From assembly GCA_034780895.1 (NCBI GenBank), contig JAUZTB010000071.1:27388997-27452996 (forward strand): a stretch of 64,000 nt of DNA, written 5' to 3'. The position numbers and the translations under genes are program-made. This document shows, piece by piece, positions 1 to 11,930 of this stretch; position 1 is the first letter of the stretch; each line of letters begins with the position of its first letter. Below the pieces are notes generated by a model. It ran no database searches. It had not been told where the DNA came from and worked only from the letters and a program-made list of their open reading frames with translations. Source of the stretch: Rhynchobatus australiae. Its lineage: Eukaryota.

Positions 1-1560
1 TGTTTCTCTTAAAATGTTAAATACTTAGAAGGGAATTATATTAGCTAACAACTACTTCCATTGCTATCTACAACAGTGAGAGTTTTAAAATCACTGTGTA
101 AACAATGATTGCTCTCTGTTAGAATAGTGTACAGCAGAGAGCCACTTAATACACTTGGTCTGGAAACTTATCACCATTTTTGTACAACCAATAATTGGTA
201 CCTTAACATGTACATATATACATATAGATATATTTGTTTGAAAAAATTTGAGATGGGGCCTGAGGCTGACCTTGCAAGTAAACAATTGCAAATTAGCAGA
301 TGAGGACTGAGCACTATCAAAGCAGTCATTCAATGTGAGAACAAATTTAACAAGGATGATGCAAATGGTGGATTATTGTTTTGGTATCCTCTTCAGGCAA
401 GAAATGGAGGACCCTTATACTGTCCAGGTGGGGAAGTGAGCAGAGATTGGATACCAATAGAAGAAATGAGATGGTTAGGGACAGGAACCAAAAATATTGA
501 AGTGTCAGTGTGCATTGGAAGTGTTACTGAATGGGCAGGAATAATTAAAGGGAACAAATAAATTTTCTAGAGCAATACCAGGTGGGTCTGAAATGATGTG
601 ACTACTAAGGAAGTTTTGGTTAAGGATCTTGGGAAGATGTAAAAGCTATCTATGGATGGCTGGAGTCCCTGAGGTTGAAGGCCTTGGATCTCCAGTGGAG
701 ATAAAATCAGTGCAGGAATTAACAGTTTGGATTTGCTGCTAGGATATTGGCCTGGACGGAACTATAAGGTGGTGTTGGGGACTTTCCATTCATCTTCTGC
801 AAAGTNNNNNNNNNNNNNNNNAAAAACAAGTGCTGCCCTTGGGTGAAAGTTCTATGACAACTTAGTGAATTTCGTGCTGCAAAATTAGACTGCATAGATT
901 AGAGCAAGTAGGTAAAGTACGAAAATTAAGTCAATGTTATGCTGACAGTTTGTTTCATCTGGAAAAGCATGGACAGTGGGAAGGAAGGAGGTAAAAGGGC
1001 AGCCATTGTACCTTCTATACGTGCAAGGACAGGTCCCTCAGAAAGGAGTATGTACATTGGTGGTGATACAGGATTGAAGCAGGATGATGTGGGGCCAGAA
1101 AGCAGCAATGATATAGTCAATGATGTATATGCTGCAGAGATGTACATCTCCATTGCATCATTATTAAGCAATGAAGTTGATGGAATCTACACAAGAGTTG
1201 GGAGGGAGAATCAAGAAATATTGGCTTAGTGCTAGAAATTGGTGCTACAGTAAAAGATCATTCCTGATCTTACTAAATGCTGTAGCAGGCATAAAGGGCT
1301 GAATGGCCAATTCCTGCTTCTACTGTTCAATGCTTGAGGATAGGTCTGTACTAATGTGCCTTCCTGATCACTGACAGAAACTCCCTATTCCATTAAGGTC
1401 TCCATCAGCATTTGACATTTCTTTAGTAGAGCTCTCCAACATGGTGTGAATTAGCTGGGCAGTAGAAATGCACAGAAGGCAAGTATATGGATGTACATGA
1501 TATCGCACTTCCAATCTCATGACGTAACAGAAGCCACAAATGAAAATCAGCTTCTTGGAG

Positions 1561-1720
1561 ACACAAGAGACTGCAGATGCTGGAATCTGGAGCAACAAAC
1601 AATCTGCTGGAGGTGCTCAGCGGGTCAGGCAGCATCTGTGGGAGGAAAGGAATTGTCTACATTTTGGGTCGGAACACTGCATTGGGACTGAAAGTGGAGA
1701 GTTTGTCGCTCCAAAATTAG
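1561..1720. mobile_element. Short non-autonomous Penelope-derived element (CTGCAGATGCTGGAATC family)
   Basis: acacaagagactgcagatgctggaatctggagcaacaaac...gcagcatctgtgggaggaaaggaattgtc. The same family recurs at ~4547, 11782, 26005 and 59823, and matches the reverse complement of the 3' end of the Penelope element at 48.8-49.1 kb. Confidence 0.7.
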
Positions 1721-2539
1721 CTCCTTGTTTGATATGAAGGTAGTACCTCTTCTCTCAGAAGCACCTCCGGCCCTGCAGCTTTCTGAGTATTCTTTTNNNN
1801 NNNNNNNNNNNNNNNNNNNNNNNNNNNNNNNNNNNNNNNNNNNNNNNNNNNNNNNNNNNNNNNNNNNNNNNNNNNNNNNNNNNNNNNNNNNNNNNNGCTA
1901 TCATTTTCTGAGAGGATCTACCTGTCAAAATTTTCCCTACTTGCACTTTTCTTATAACATGTTCAATACAGTTTTAATCTGTCTAAAATTACAACTTCAC
2001 TTCATGCAACTGTACCAGTTTCATTCAAACAGACTCTTTACAATGTTTAATTATTTATCACTGCATAATGATAATCATAAATACCAGTCTTTATTAAGCA
2101 TGTGCCAATTTTCTGAAAGCTGGAATTAACTGGCAGAGAGGTTTAGCTGGATTCAAAACTGAATGAATTATTTGATTAAAATGTCAAGATGAACTAATTC
2201 TCCAGATTGTTGTAACTTCCAAGTTGCCAATACATTTTTACACAACACATTTCTCAGAGTCAAGTCTTGCTATTTTGTGCAACATGATCTAATCAGACAG
2301 ATGGGGAAAGAAAATGCATCCTGGAAGGAGAAAGATACTGATAGGAGTAAAATCCAGATCAAGATGCATTTCTGTTGATTTGCAGATGATGAATTTCAAT
2401 ATTAAGAAATACCACAGCCACTGCTGCCTTGAGATCCAGCTGCTGTGTGAATGCAGGCAGTGAATTATACTGGTCAAATCATCCCCAGCCATAGCACTAA
2501 ACTTGCATCTTCATTTTTTTCCACTCTTCTTCTCTCATT

Positions 2540-3700
2540 CCATCTCTGAACAAACACATCATGTTGATAATATGCACCTTCTTGCTCCTTTGATCCTATG
2601 TCCACTAAACAACCATCTCTTCTCTCTGCTTAACACACACTTTAGCTGAGGTTCCAGGTGCCATCTTCCTTCCCTTTAATCTGTTGTTTATCACCCCTCT
2701 CAAAATAGTTCTGATTCCTGTTCATGCAAACCACTGCCCATCTTTTAAAGTCACTTTCCCCCCAGAGACCTTGAACTTGTTGTACCCTCCAAAACTGTGC
2801 CCATCTTACCTCAATCTCCTCGCTTGAATGCCAAAAATGCCCCCTCTGCCACAGAACAAAATGGACACCAATGACATTCTGTGTGACAGTGGACTATTCT
2901 TCCTAATTTCTTCCATATACCTACAGCTTTTGACATGGCTGGCCACACAATCCTCTTCAACACTTTTCCACCATTATCTAGCTGGGTGGGATGACACTCC
3001 CTGGTTCTATTTTTATCCTTCAGATTTAGCCATGCATCAGCTAGAATGTGTTCTCTCACCTGCTGTTACTGTGGGTGTCTACTGGCGATCTATTCTTGAA
3101 CCCTCCTATTTGTCAGTAATTTGTTGCTTCCCAGAAATATCATCCAAGAACAAAGTGTCAGCTCCCACTAGCTTTACTTCTTGATGTTTGCTTCAACTTA
3201 TCTGCTGAATCTCTCACTCATGCCTTGTCACTTTTACCTTTGACAACTGTAAATTACTCCTGGGTGGACTTCCTCTTTTCACTATCCATAAGCTTGAAAT
3301 CATCAAAAACTCAACTATCTACATCCTAACTTGCTCAACCCACTGTTAAACCATGGTTAAATCATGTCTTTGATTTAAATCCTCATTTTTGTTTCCAAAT
3401 CTCTCCATGGTTGCACTGCTTCCTATCTCTGTAACCTTCTCCAGNNNNNNNNNNNNNNNNNNNNNNNNNNCTCATTCCACATTTAATATTCTATCATTGG
3501 CAGCTAGGTCTTCACCTACCAAGCACTGAAGCTCAGGAATTCCTTTCCTCAACCTCTCCCTCTATTGCATCATTTAAGATGCTACTTAAAATCTCCCTCA
3601 CATCATATTCCTTATGATATCTCCTTATGTTGCTCAGCTTTAGTTTTCGTTTGAGAACAGTCCTGCAAATATCTTTGGAATGTTTTGCCATGTTAAAATA
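2540..3700 (+). mobile_element. Highly decayed L2-clade LINE fragment (RT region and 3' end)
   Basis: ctacagcttttgacatggctggccacacaatcctc (~2921-2955) resembles the L2 RT motif SAAFDTVDHxILL. C/T-rich strand composition is typical of L2; many stops and frameshifts. Confidence 0.5.
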
Positions 3701-4546
3701 ACATTACAAGTGAAGGCTGTCATGCATTTAGCTGTAATTCATGATGGCTTCATTGTGCAGCTATCCATTGTGCCAACTTCATTTGACCCACAGTGTCAAA
3801 GGAAAAGGTAGAGACTGGGTAGCAAGGGTTATCAGTTGACAATGGGGCTCAAAAATCCAGTGGAAGCATGCATACATGCATGCATACACATAAAACGTGT
3901 GGACCACTGACATGCAGAAACAATGCTTAGACCACCCTGCTGCTGTCCTGTAGTTTCCAGCAGAGAAGATCAAGATGCATGGTGGCCTGCTCATGCTATG
4001 TAATCTTGCCAGCATGGGGCCATAGAGCTGGCCACCTACTGAAAAAGGATCACGATGAAGAACAGCTGGATCAGGAGGAAGGGGAAAAGAACGCGGGAGA
4101 AGGCAGCTTGGACAGCCTTATTTAACTATAATACTAGGAAATGCAGTCCCTATCCCCATACTCCATCAGACCCACCTTTCCTTTGATGCTGATCATCGTA
4201 CATGCTAAAACAAAAACCAATATAAGATAACCATTCCAAACCAATAAAAGTATGGTATAGATCTCAAAAATTTCAGTTAATCATCACCGCGTTTTTGGTT
4301 AGTGGTTACCCTTAGTATCCCTTTGCTTAGCCTCATACTTACACACAACATAATCCCAAAGGTTAGAGCATGACAGGGGTCTGGTGAATTTCAGAAGAGG
4401 AAACTAGACACTGTTAGAGAACAATTTTGGGCAGCTTTGGCTCAGAAGGGTTGATTTCAGACTCTATCATCTTAGGAAAGGCCTGTCTATGATGGCTGGC
4501 AATAGCAACAGCACAGGCAGTGATAGAAGTGTGAACACACAATGGA

Positions 4547-4690
4547 GATACAAGAGAGACTGCAGATGCTGGAAATCTGAAGCAACACACAAAACGCTGC
4601 AGGAACTCAGCAGGTCAGGCAGCATCTATGGTGGGAAATGGACAGTTGGTGTTTCAGGTTGAGACCCTTCATCATGACTCAGTGTGAATG
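4547..4690 (-). mobile_element. Short Penelope-derived element with decayed hammerhead motif
   Basis: ctgcagatgctggaaatctgaagcaacac...gcagcatctatgg...gtttcaggttgagacccttcatca; the minus strand reads (A)TGATGA-AGGGT-CTCA-ACCT-GAAAC. Confidence 0.75.
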
Positions 4691-4779
4691 CTGACATCCT
4701 GAGAGAGACCAGCAGCTCATGGTTCCATGGAATTTTAACTACAATTCTGGTCTGTGCTGCAGCATTTCTGGAAGAACAA

Positions 4780-5470
4780 AAAAAAGCTGTAAATGCAAGA
4801 AACTTAGAAGTTTCTCGCAAAAAAAGCTGGAAATGCCGGAAATTCTGAGCAGGTTGGGCAGCATCTGTGGAGATAGAAAGAGTTAATGTTACGGATTGAT
4901 GACCTTTCATCAGAACTAGGAAAAATTAGAAATTAAACACATTTTGCATTGCAGAAAAGGGTGAAGGGTGATCAAAGGGAATATCTTTTACAGAGCAGAA
5001 CCGAGAGAGACTGGAAAACACAAGCAGAGGTGGTGATGGCTGAGAGAGGGCGGTGAATCACCACTGACCCGTCTGGAGAAAATATAAACAAAGGGAGATG
5101 AATGAGAACAGAGGAGAGAGAAAAATAAACAAATGGTGGAACTGTGAGAAATAAAACACAGCAGTTGCTGAAAATCTGAAATGAAAGAGAAGGCTGGAAC
5201 TACTCAGCACAGGATCTGGGCAGAGTGAAAAATGGAGTGCAGTTCAAAGGTTGTTTCATCTGAACTGGCCAGCTCTGACTCAAACTGGAAAGGTTCGTGA
5301 TTTGAAATTGTTGAATTCAGTGTTGAGTCCTGAGGGCTGGAACCTGCCTATTTGCAGGATGTCATGCTGTCCCTTGAGCTTACATTGGGCTTTATTGGAA
5401 AAGTGTAGGAGAGCAAAGTCAGAGAGGTCAGTGGGATGGAGAATCAAAGTGACATTTGATTGGGTGATTG
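4780..5470 (-). mobile_element. Penelope-like element 3' fragment
   Basis: The minus ORF 5280-5483 (...HPTDLSDFALLH...KLKGQHDILQIGRFQPSGLNTEFNNFK) matches the C-terminus seen at 48.5-48.64 kb (EEQHPIFCLGSLQSNDVNIEFSNFR). It is followed by the family 3' UTR with a CTGATGA motif at 4907-4913. Confidence 0.7.
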
Positions 5471-5804
5471 CTTTGCTGAACACCTTTTTCAGTCTGCAAT
5501 GGTGACACTGAGCTTTCAGTTCTCTGTCACATTAAACTTCTTGGTTGATGCAGAACTGTGTGGTTGGAAGCCAAGTCTGGGAATTTGAAAGCTTAGTGAT
5601 AATTGACATGAGGTAGTGATTTTTACAGGATGGACTCAGTGTTAATTAAGGTGGGAAGTGGATCTAATCTAGAGCCACTGGAGGAAGTGATCAGAGATGA
5701 CCAATTTTCTCTTTGACAATGGAAGCAATGATGCTGCTTGAGGGGGAATTCGGAGTGACAAACTTGGAAAACCTATATCCAAAATAGGCAAGGATTAAAC
5801 TAGA

Positions 5805-5965
5805 AAATGTGAGAAACATTCAGCAGGTAGGACAGCAATTCTGATGAAATGTCCTGGACCTGAAACTGTTTCCCTTTCCACAGATACTGCCTGACTTGCT
5901 GAGTGATTCCAGCAGTTTCTGTTTTCATTTCAGATTTCCAACATCTGCAGTTTTTTTATTTTTGT
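5805..5965 (+). mobile_element. Short Penelope-derived element
   Basis: ctgatgaaatgtcctggacctgaaac...cagatactgcctgacttgctgag...cagatttccaacatctgcag, same family. Confidence 0.7.
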
Positions 5966-7185
5966 TCAGGGTTGAACTAACCACAAGTTAGTCAGCCTAG
6001 TGTCAGCAATGGGATATAAATTTGACCACCTCTGTAAACATAGAACACTATAGCACAGCACAGGCCCTTCGGCCCACAAAGTTGTGCTGACATTCTATCC
6101 TGCTTCAAGATCTATCTAACCCTTCCCTCCCACATAGCCCCCTATTTTTCTATCATTCATGTGTCATGTGTAAAATATCCCTTTTCCAAATATCTATCAA
6201 GACTAAACTTTTGAATTTGATGAAAACACTTGGTGTAAACAGGAATTGAAGATTGGTAATTGTCAGCAGAGTTGTTATCAGTGATTATGTGTTTTTATGT
6301 CATTCATGTTTGTGGTATTCTGCTGCTACTGCAAAAAGCTGATTTTCATGGCATTTATACCCAGTATGCCTAATGGCAATAAACTTGAACTTGATTCAAG
6401 CCGTGTTCATTGTCATGTGCACAAGGAGGGTGAGGTACAGTACAATGCTTGCAGCAGCATCACAGACAACACACAGAATACAAGTTGTACCACTCACTGT
6501 AATTGGCCTCAAATTGGCCCCATTGTTTTAAATGCTGTTGCTATGGCAGAAGATTGGGTGACAAAGTCCATGCCTCTTGTGNNNNNNNNNNNNNNNNNNN
6601 NNNNNNNNNNNNNNNNNNNNNNNNNNNNNNNNNNNNNNNNNNNNNNNNNNNNNNNNNNNNNNNNNNNNNNNNNNNNNNNNNGGCTGCACCAATTGATATG
6701 GTGGGTCTCAGCAGCACAAATATTTGCTCTTTACCATTGTCCATTAGAGAGATGGATAACGTCTGCTCACATCTCCAATCTCCACATCAACTGAAAGTTC
6801 CCTCAAATTGGCCCCATTGTTTTAAATGCTGTTGCTATGGCAGAAGATTGGGTGACAAAAGTCCATGCCTCTTGTGGGACCTTGCAAGAAACAGCCCAGG
6901 ATTAGTGATACTTGTGCTCACAACTTGGCCCTCAACGCAGGCCCTCTGCCCGCAGAACAAGTACAGCTCCCACATTCACTGCAGTCAGCTGGATCCATCC
7001 TTCAGCAGCAGAAGCCGCTGGTGACCAACGACAGCGCGGCCTGGAGACGGAGAGGCGCGGCAGGCGGCAGATCAATAACCAGCAAGACGGGGACCACACG
7101 AACCCACCCCGGGAGCCGAGCACTCACCCTCCGCGCAGGCTCCACGTCAGCAAATCCAGGAGGGCCGCAGTGACGCCGTGCGCGC

Positions 7186-7193
7186 TGACGTCA
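7186..7193. promoter_or_regulatory. Full palindromic CRE (TGACGTCA)
   Basis: Exact consensus inside the longer palindrome CTGACGTCAG, ~100 nt upstream of the NSF ATG. Confidence 0.75.
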
Positions 7194-7293
7194 GACGCCG
7201 ATGTTATTAAAGCGGGGCCCGGTGGTGGGGGAAGGGGGGCGGGAGTGTTGGCCGGAGGAGGAAGTGGAGCCGAGTGGCCCCGGACCGTTCAAG

Positions 7294-7305
7294 ATGGCAA
7301 GCCGG
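7294..7305 (+). CDS. NSF: NSF coding exon 1 (MASR)
   Basis: aagATGGCAAGCCGG|gtgagt: strong Kozak context, a 12-nt coding exon matching human MAGR, consensus donor, in frame with exon 2. Confidence 0.92.
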
Positions 7306-9170
7306 GTGAGTGCGGCACATTGGTTGGGGGTGGTTTAGGGTGAGTGGGGTTGATAGGCCAGGCGCTGGTCGGTGGGGCTCTGCTGCTGAAGGCACAGCTC
7401 CACGCCCGGGGCTGCCCGCTTCCCTCTGCCCTTGTTACCCCCTTCACCCCCTTCCCAGTCACCGCCAGTGGCTGCAGATCAGAGGAGGAGGGGAGGGCTG
7501 GACCTGCAGACCTCTTCCTTCTAACCAGGCACCACACGCATACTCCTTGCTGCAGGGTGCTCGCAGCGTTTGACAGCTGGTCTGAATGGGCAGAAAGAAA
7601 TAAACTCTCCAGTGTGTGTGTGATACTGTTAATCGTGTTATGTTGCATTGCACCAATTTAATGTTACTCCACGGTTTCCCCAGCTTCAAACAGTCCTTTT
7701 GGAGGTGGTGATTGCTTTTAATGGATTCAATATCGGAGCAAAATCTGAGTAACGTTTTGAATTCTGTTTAGTATGAGCACCTTTGTAGTGTTCTGATCAG
7801 ATGAAAGAGTTTAATTTCTAAATGACACAGATGGTTTCAAAGGTGAACCGAGAGTGATTTGGTAGAGGGAAGTTTGCGTGTGTCGAGGATGCTAGTCACC
7901 TTATTGAAATATTTCAAAATGAATAATTTTTCAGCTAATTTAATGATATCTAATTATGGCAAACTTGCATAATCAGTGCCAGTGGACAGGCTCTTGCATG
8001 ACATTTTGGATATGAATTTGAACACATTGAGAAATTATTTCATGCCTGCACTCATACTTTTGCCTATCATTCATTCTTATTCTGGCTTCTTCAGATTTGA
8101 AGCAAACGTGTCTATTCTGTTGTGCATAAATGCTTTTTACAAGAAATTGCATGTTACCCATGTTTTAAGTAATTGAACAGACAATATGTGAAATTCAGCA
8201 TAAAAATGTTGGATGCAGAAAATGCTAGAAGTAGGTAGTTGATCCAGCGGCATCTGTAATGAGGAAGGGGAGAGAATATAAATGGTTTGAGAGCTGGTTC
8301 CTTATCCTGGCTTTCAGAGAAATCTGGAAATAAGCAAATAAAAAGCTGATGTCATGATTGAGGAAGGATATTTGGCATTCTTAATTGGTCTGGCAAAATG
8401 TGGAAGTATTTACATTGAATACAATTATGGTTAATGCTTCATTATTTTCCAAAATGGCTTAGCCACCACCTCGAAACAGCAATAGTCAGTTAATAGATGG
8501 TGAATTGCCAGTCATTGTTATCCTCCAGAATCTTTTAAATTAAATATGTTGCATTAAATCCCAATTTGTAATGCTAATGGACCTCTATTATTTTTGTAGC
8601 ATTTTCTGTTTTGTTGTGCCCAACTTATTATTAATGTTAATATTCTGTTTCATATTTGAAAATCCCATTTCATTATTGCTGCCAGTTTGACATTTTGCAT
8701 CTTTAGCCTGCTTTCCTGGATATTGTTTCAAATGAGGAATTTGGTGTGTTCTTCCTGCTGCTTGTCAGGCTGTAATCCATTTAACATATTCCCCATTTGA
8801 GTTTGGTTGCAGTGTGCACTTCCTGCATTTTTATGATTTGCAGATATAATAGAATCATTTGTGTCTTCCTCAATATAACCATCTCAATTGCTTCAGTGTG
8901 AAGCAGATGTTGCCTTTCAAATCACTAGGAATGATCAGTAAAATGCCTAATTAGATGTTGTTCAGGCAGACAAATCTGTAACAAAGAACAGGGTGTATCT
9001 TCCATTTTACTTGTAATTTTAAGTGGAAGAGTTTTGTCAGGTATTTGTTCCATCAAGGATAACACATACTGTTTCAATACCAGAAATGTAAGGTTGACAT
9101 CTTGCAATTGGAATGACAATCAAACACAGCTTTTCTCTTTCGGTGGAGGTTCATGAGATGTTAAAGAGAT

Positions 9171-9270
9171 CTGGGGGCTGCACAGCGGCGCAGCAGTTAG
9201 TGCTGCTCCCTCATGACTTCAGGGACTTGGATTTGGTCCTTTCGTTGGGTGCTGTCTGTGTATTCTCTGA
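9171..9270 (+). mobile_element. tRNA-derived SINE head (V-SINE/HE1-like), truncated
   Basis: gggctgcacagcggcgcagcagttagtgctgctccctca...gggacttggatttg...gggtgctgtctgtgt resembles an HE1/V-SINE 5' region with degenerate A/B boxes. Confidence 0.55.
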
Positions 9271-9507
9271 GTGATGTGTTAATTATGGTTTCTCTATTCC
9301 TTGAGACTGTTGCTGAAGTAAATGACTTTAGTTTAAATTTCTAGTGTGACATTCTAAAAAGATGTGCATAAAATATTTGAGGGATTGCTTAAACTGGTAA
9401 CTGATGGATGGAGTGCATATTGAGCTCATCAGTAATCTTGTGGTGAAGCACTCTGAAGTACTGCCTTGTGAATGGTTATATGAATTCGTACAAGTGTTTG
9501 TGACAGG

Positions 9508-9750
9508 TCAGAATCAGGTTTATTATCACTGATTTATATGTCATGAAATTTGTTTTGTGGCAGCAGTACAGTGCAGCGACATAAAATTACTATAGATAGT
9601 GCAAAAAAAATGAAGTAGTGTTCATGGACCGTTCAGAAATTTGATGGTGGAGGGGAAGAAGCTGTTCCTAAGTCGTTGAGTAAGGGTCTTCGGGCTCCTG
9701 TACCACTTCCCTGATGGTAGTAATGAGAAGAGGGCATGTCCCAGATTATG
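9508..9750 (-). mobile_element. Rex1/Babar-like LINE 3' end
   Basis: Reverse complement of the 17.9-18.16 kb element end (LPSGxxYRS...NSFFP coding remnant plus the tcagtgataataaa...ctgattc tail). Shorter tails at ~10970-11035 and ~16805-16855. Confidence 0.7.
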
Positions 9751-10180
9751 TTGTACTATATGGTACACTGTATTTCCTTCATTTGTCCAATCAGATTGTA
9801 GAATCAGAAAATCCTGTCCCTTCTGTCAGTCATATCCCTGAATTGATGCTCATTGGGTTAGTCAGAATTGTCATTGCATTCTAACAAAATAATATTATGT
9901 GGAACATGCTTATCACCTATTCATTACATATAATTAGAAATAACGTGAATCAGGNNNNNNNNNNNNNNNNNNNNNNNNNNNNNNNNNNNNNNNNNNNNNN
10001 NNNNNNNNNNNNNNNNNNNNNNNNNNNNNNNNNNNNNNNNNNNNNNNNNNNNNNNNNNNNNNNNNNNNNNNNNNNNNNNNNNNNNNNNNNNNNNNNNNNN
10101 NNNNNNNNNNNNNNNNNNNNNNNNNNNNNNNNNNNNNNNNNNNNNNNNNNNNNNNNNNNNNNNNNNNNNNNNNNNNNNNN

Positions 10181-10540
10181 GAAGGAACAGGAGTGATCTT
10201 ATTGAAGCTTGTAAGATCCTAGGGAGTGTGAAAAGGTAGATATTGAGATATTTCAACTAGTGGCAAAAGGTTGAACAAAGGGACATAGTTACAAGACTTA
10301 GGGTAGTCATATGGAACCTTAATGTCTAGGAGCTTCTTGCAGAAGATGCTGAATCACTAGAATTCTCTACCACAATGGGTTGTGTAGACCAGCTCATTGG
10401 GGAGTATTTAAAGAGGGAGTGGGTAAGGTTGATGAAATTGAGGGCTGTGGGGAACTGCCATAAGAGACACAGCCATGATCATATTGAATGGCAGGACAAG
10501 CTTGGGGGGGGTGGGTTTGAGGGTGGTGATGTTGAGTGGT
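10181..10540 (+). mobile_element. Decayed CR1 LINE 3' end
   Basis: gtgatcttattgaagcttgtaagatc (DLIExxKI) and cagccatgatcatattgaatggc 3' UTR, similar to the other CR1 ends in the window. Confidence 0.6.
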
Positions 10541-11781
10541 CTAATTTTCCTAAATCATGATTGTTCGTAAAACAACATTGCACCCTTCATTTCTGGAGAT
10601 TAAACAAAAAGTGACTGCTGAATCTATTATTGAGGGATAAGCACCAAGGCAGAAGAGAAGGGTGTGAATGAATGTTGGGTTGGAAAGTCGAGGAAGTGGT
10701 AGGATGTGTAGCAATTTGCTGAAGAAGGCATCGTTGTGGGCAAAGATGTGCCCAGGGATGCTACTGAGATTTATATGGTTGATGATGTAAAATCATTGAA
10801 ATTTGTAGCACAGAAGGAAGTCCTTTTGCCCTTTGGACTTATGTTATCTTAGAAAAGCTATTTTTCCTAATCTCACTTTCCATTTCTTACCTTTGTACAT
10901 TTTGGCTCAAGTGCTCCTCCAAGTACATTTTAAATCTGGTGGTGGATTCTATCTCCATCATCCCGTCAGAAACAGAATCAGGTTTATTATCACTGACACA
11001 TGTCATGAAATTTGTTGTTTTGTGGCAGCAGTAAGCAGAAACTTGTAGATTCTCACTTAAGGGTGGGGAGAAAAATCTTCAACTTCCATCTGATCTTTTT
11101 AGAGTATGTTAAATCTATGGATCCAAAATGATGATGTCTGCTGAGAGAAATATGCCTTTCATGACCCTCTTGGTCTTGGTCTAGTTTAATACACCTCAAC
11201 TTAACTCTTCTCAGATATATCAGCACCAAATAAATAAGGTGTCTGGCAAATCCGTCTATTGTCATAACTAAAGTTACACATCACTGAGTGTCCTTGTTAA
11301 ATCTCCTCTATATCTTTTGTAGTGCTGCAACATCTTCCCTGTAATGTGGTGACCAGGACTGCACTAGATGCTCATCTCAGGCTTGCTTGTGCTTTGTACA
11401 ATTTTGAGCATGACCTCCCCTTATTTTCAGTTCCTCTAGTGGGATAACTTGTAAACTTTGAAAGAAATACAGAGTCTGTCAAAAATGCGTNNNNNNNNNN
11501 NNNNTAAGTTGATGGCTGTGTGGGATGGGAATGGGGTCAGGTACTGTTACCCAAGTCAAACTACAGTCTGTAATCTAAATTACAACATATCCTGATTGGT
11601 GAGCCTTGGATTTCTTTAATTTTTTTAAGAACTCTTATTTAAATCCTTTAGAGTCTTGCCCATTCCTAATTCTGTCCTAAAACATCCCTTCTGCTGCCCT
11701 CCAGTTTGGGTAGACTTGGTGCCACTGCTGTTTTTTTCTTAACTGAAACATTGCCAAAATTGGAATTATTATGAAATCCCT

Positions 11782-11930
11782 AAAATCTGGAGTAACAAAT
11801 AATCTGCTGGAGGAACACAGCAGGTCAAGCAGCATCTGTGGAAGGAAAGGAATTGTCCACATTTCAGGTCGAAACTGCATCAGGACCTCATTGTTACTCC
11901 AGATTCCAGCATCTGCAGACGCTTATGACC
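11782..11930. mobile_element. Short fold-back Penelope-derived element
   Basis: aatctggagtaacaa at the left end and its reverse complement ttgttactccagatt at ~11891-11905. Confidence 0.7.

Larger units (their letters stand above)
6940..7570 (+). promoter_or_regulatory. NSF: CpG island / promoter of NSF
   Basis: The only GC- and CpG-rich block in an otherwise CpG-depleted window, and it contains coding exon 1. Also a GC box GGGGCGGG (7236-7243), an AT-rich TTATTAAA (7204-7211), an ETS-like GGAAGT (7260-7265) and a YY1-like CAAGATGGC overlapping the ATG (7290-7298). Confidence 0.9.

Noticed and set aside
6507-6876. ~75-bp direct repeat (6507-6581 and 6801-6876) upstream of the promoter
   Set aside because: The first copy ends exactly at a ~100-N gap, so an assembly artefact cannot be excluded without reads.
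6865-7689. Several overlapping 60-143 aa ORFs on both strands
   Set aside because: A by-product of high GC in the CpG island with no recognisable protein similarity; only the 12-nt NSF exon is supported.
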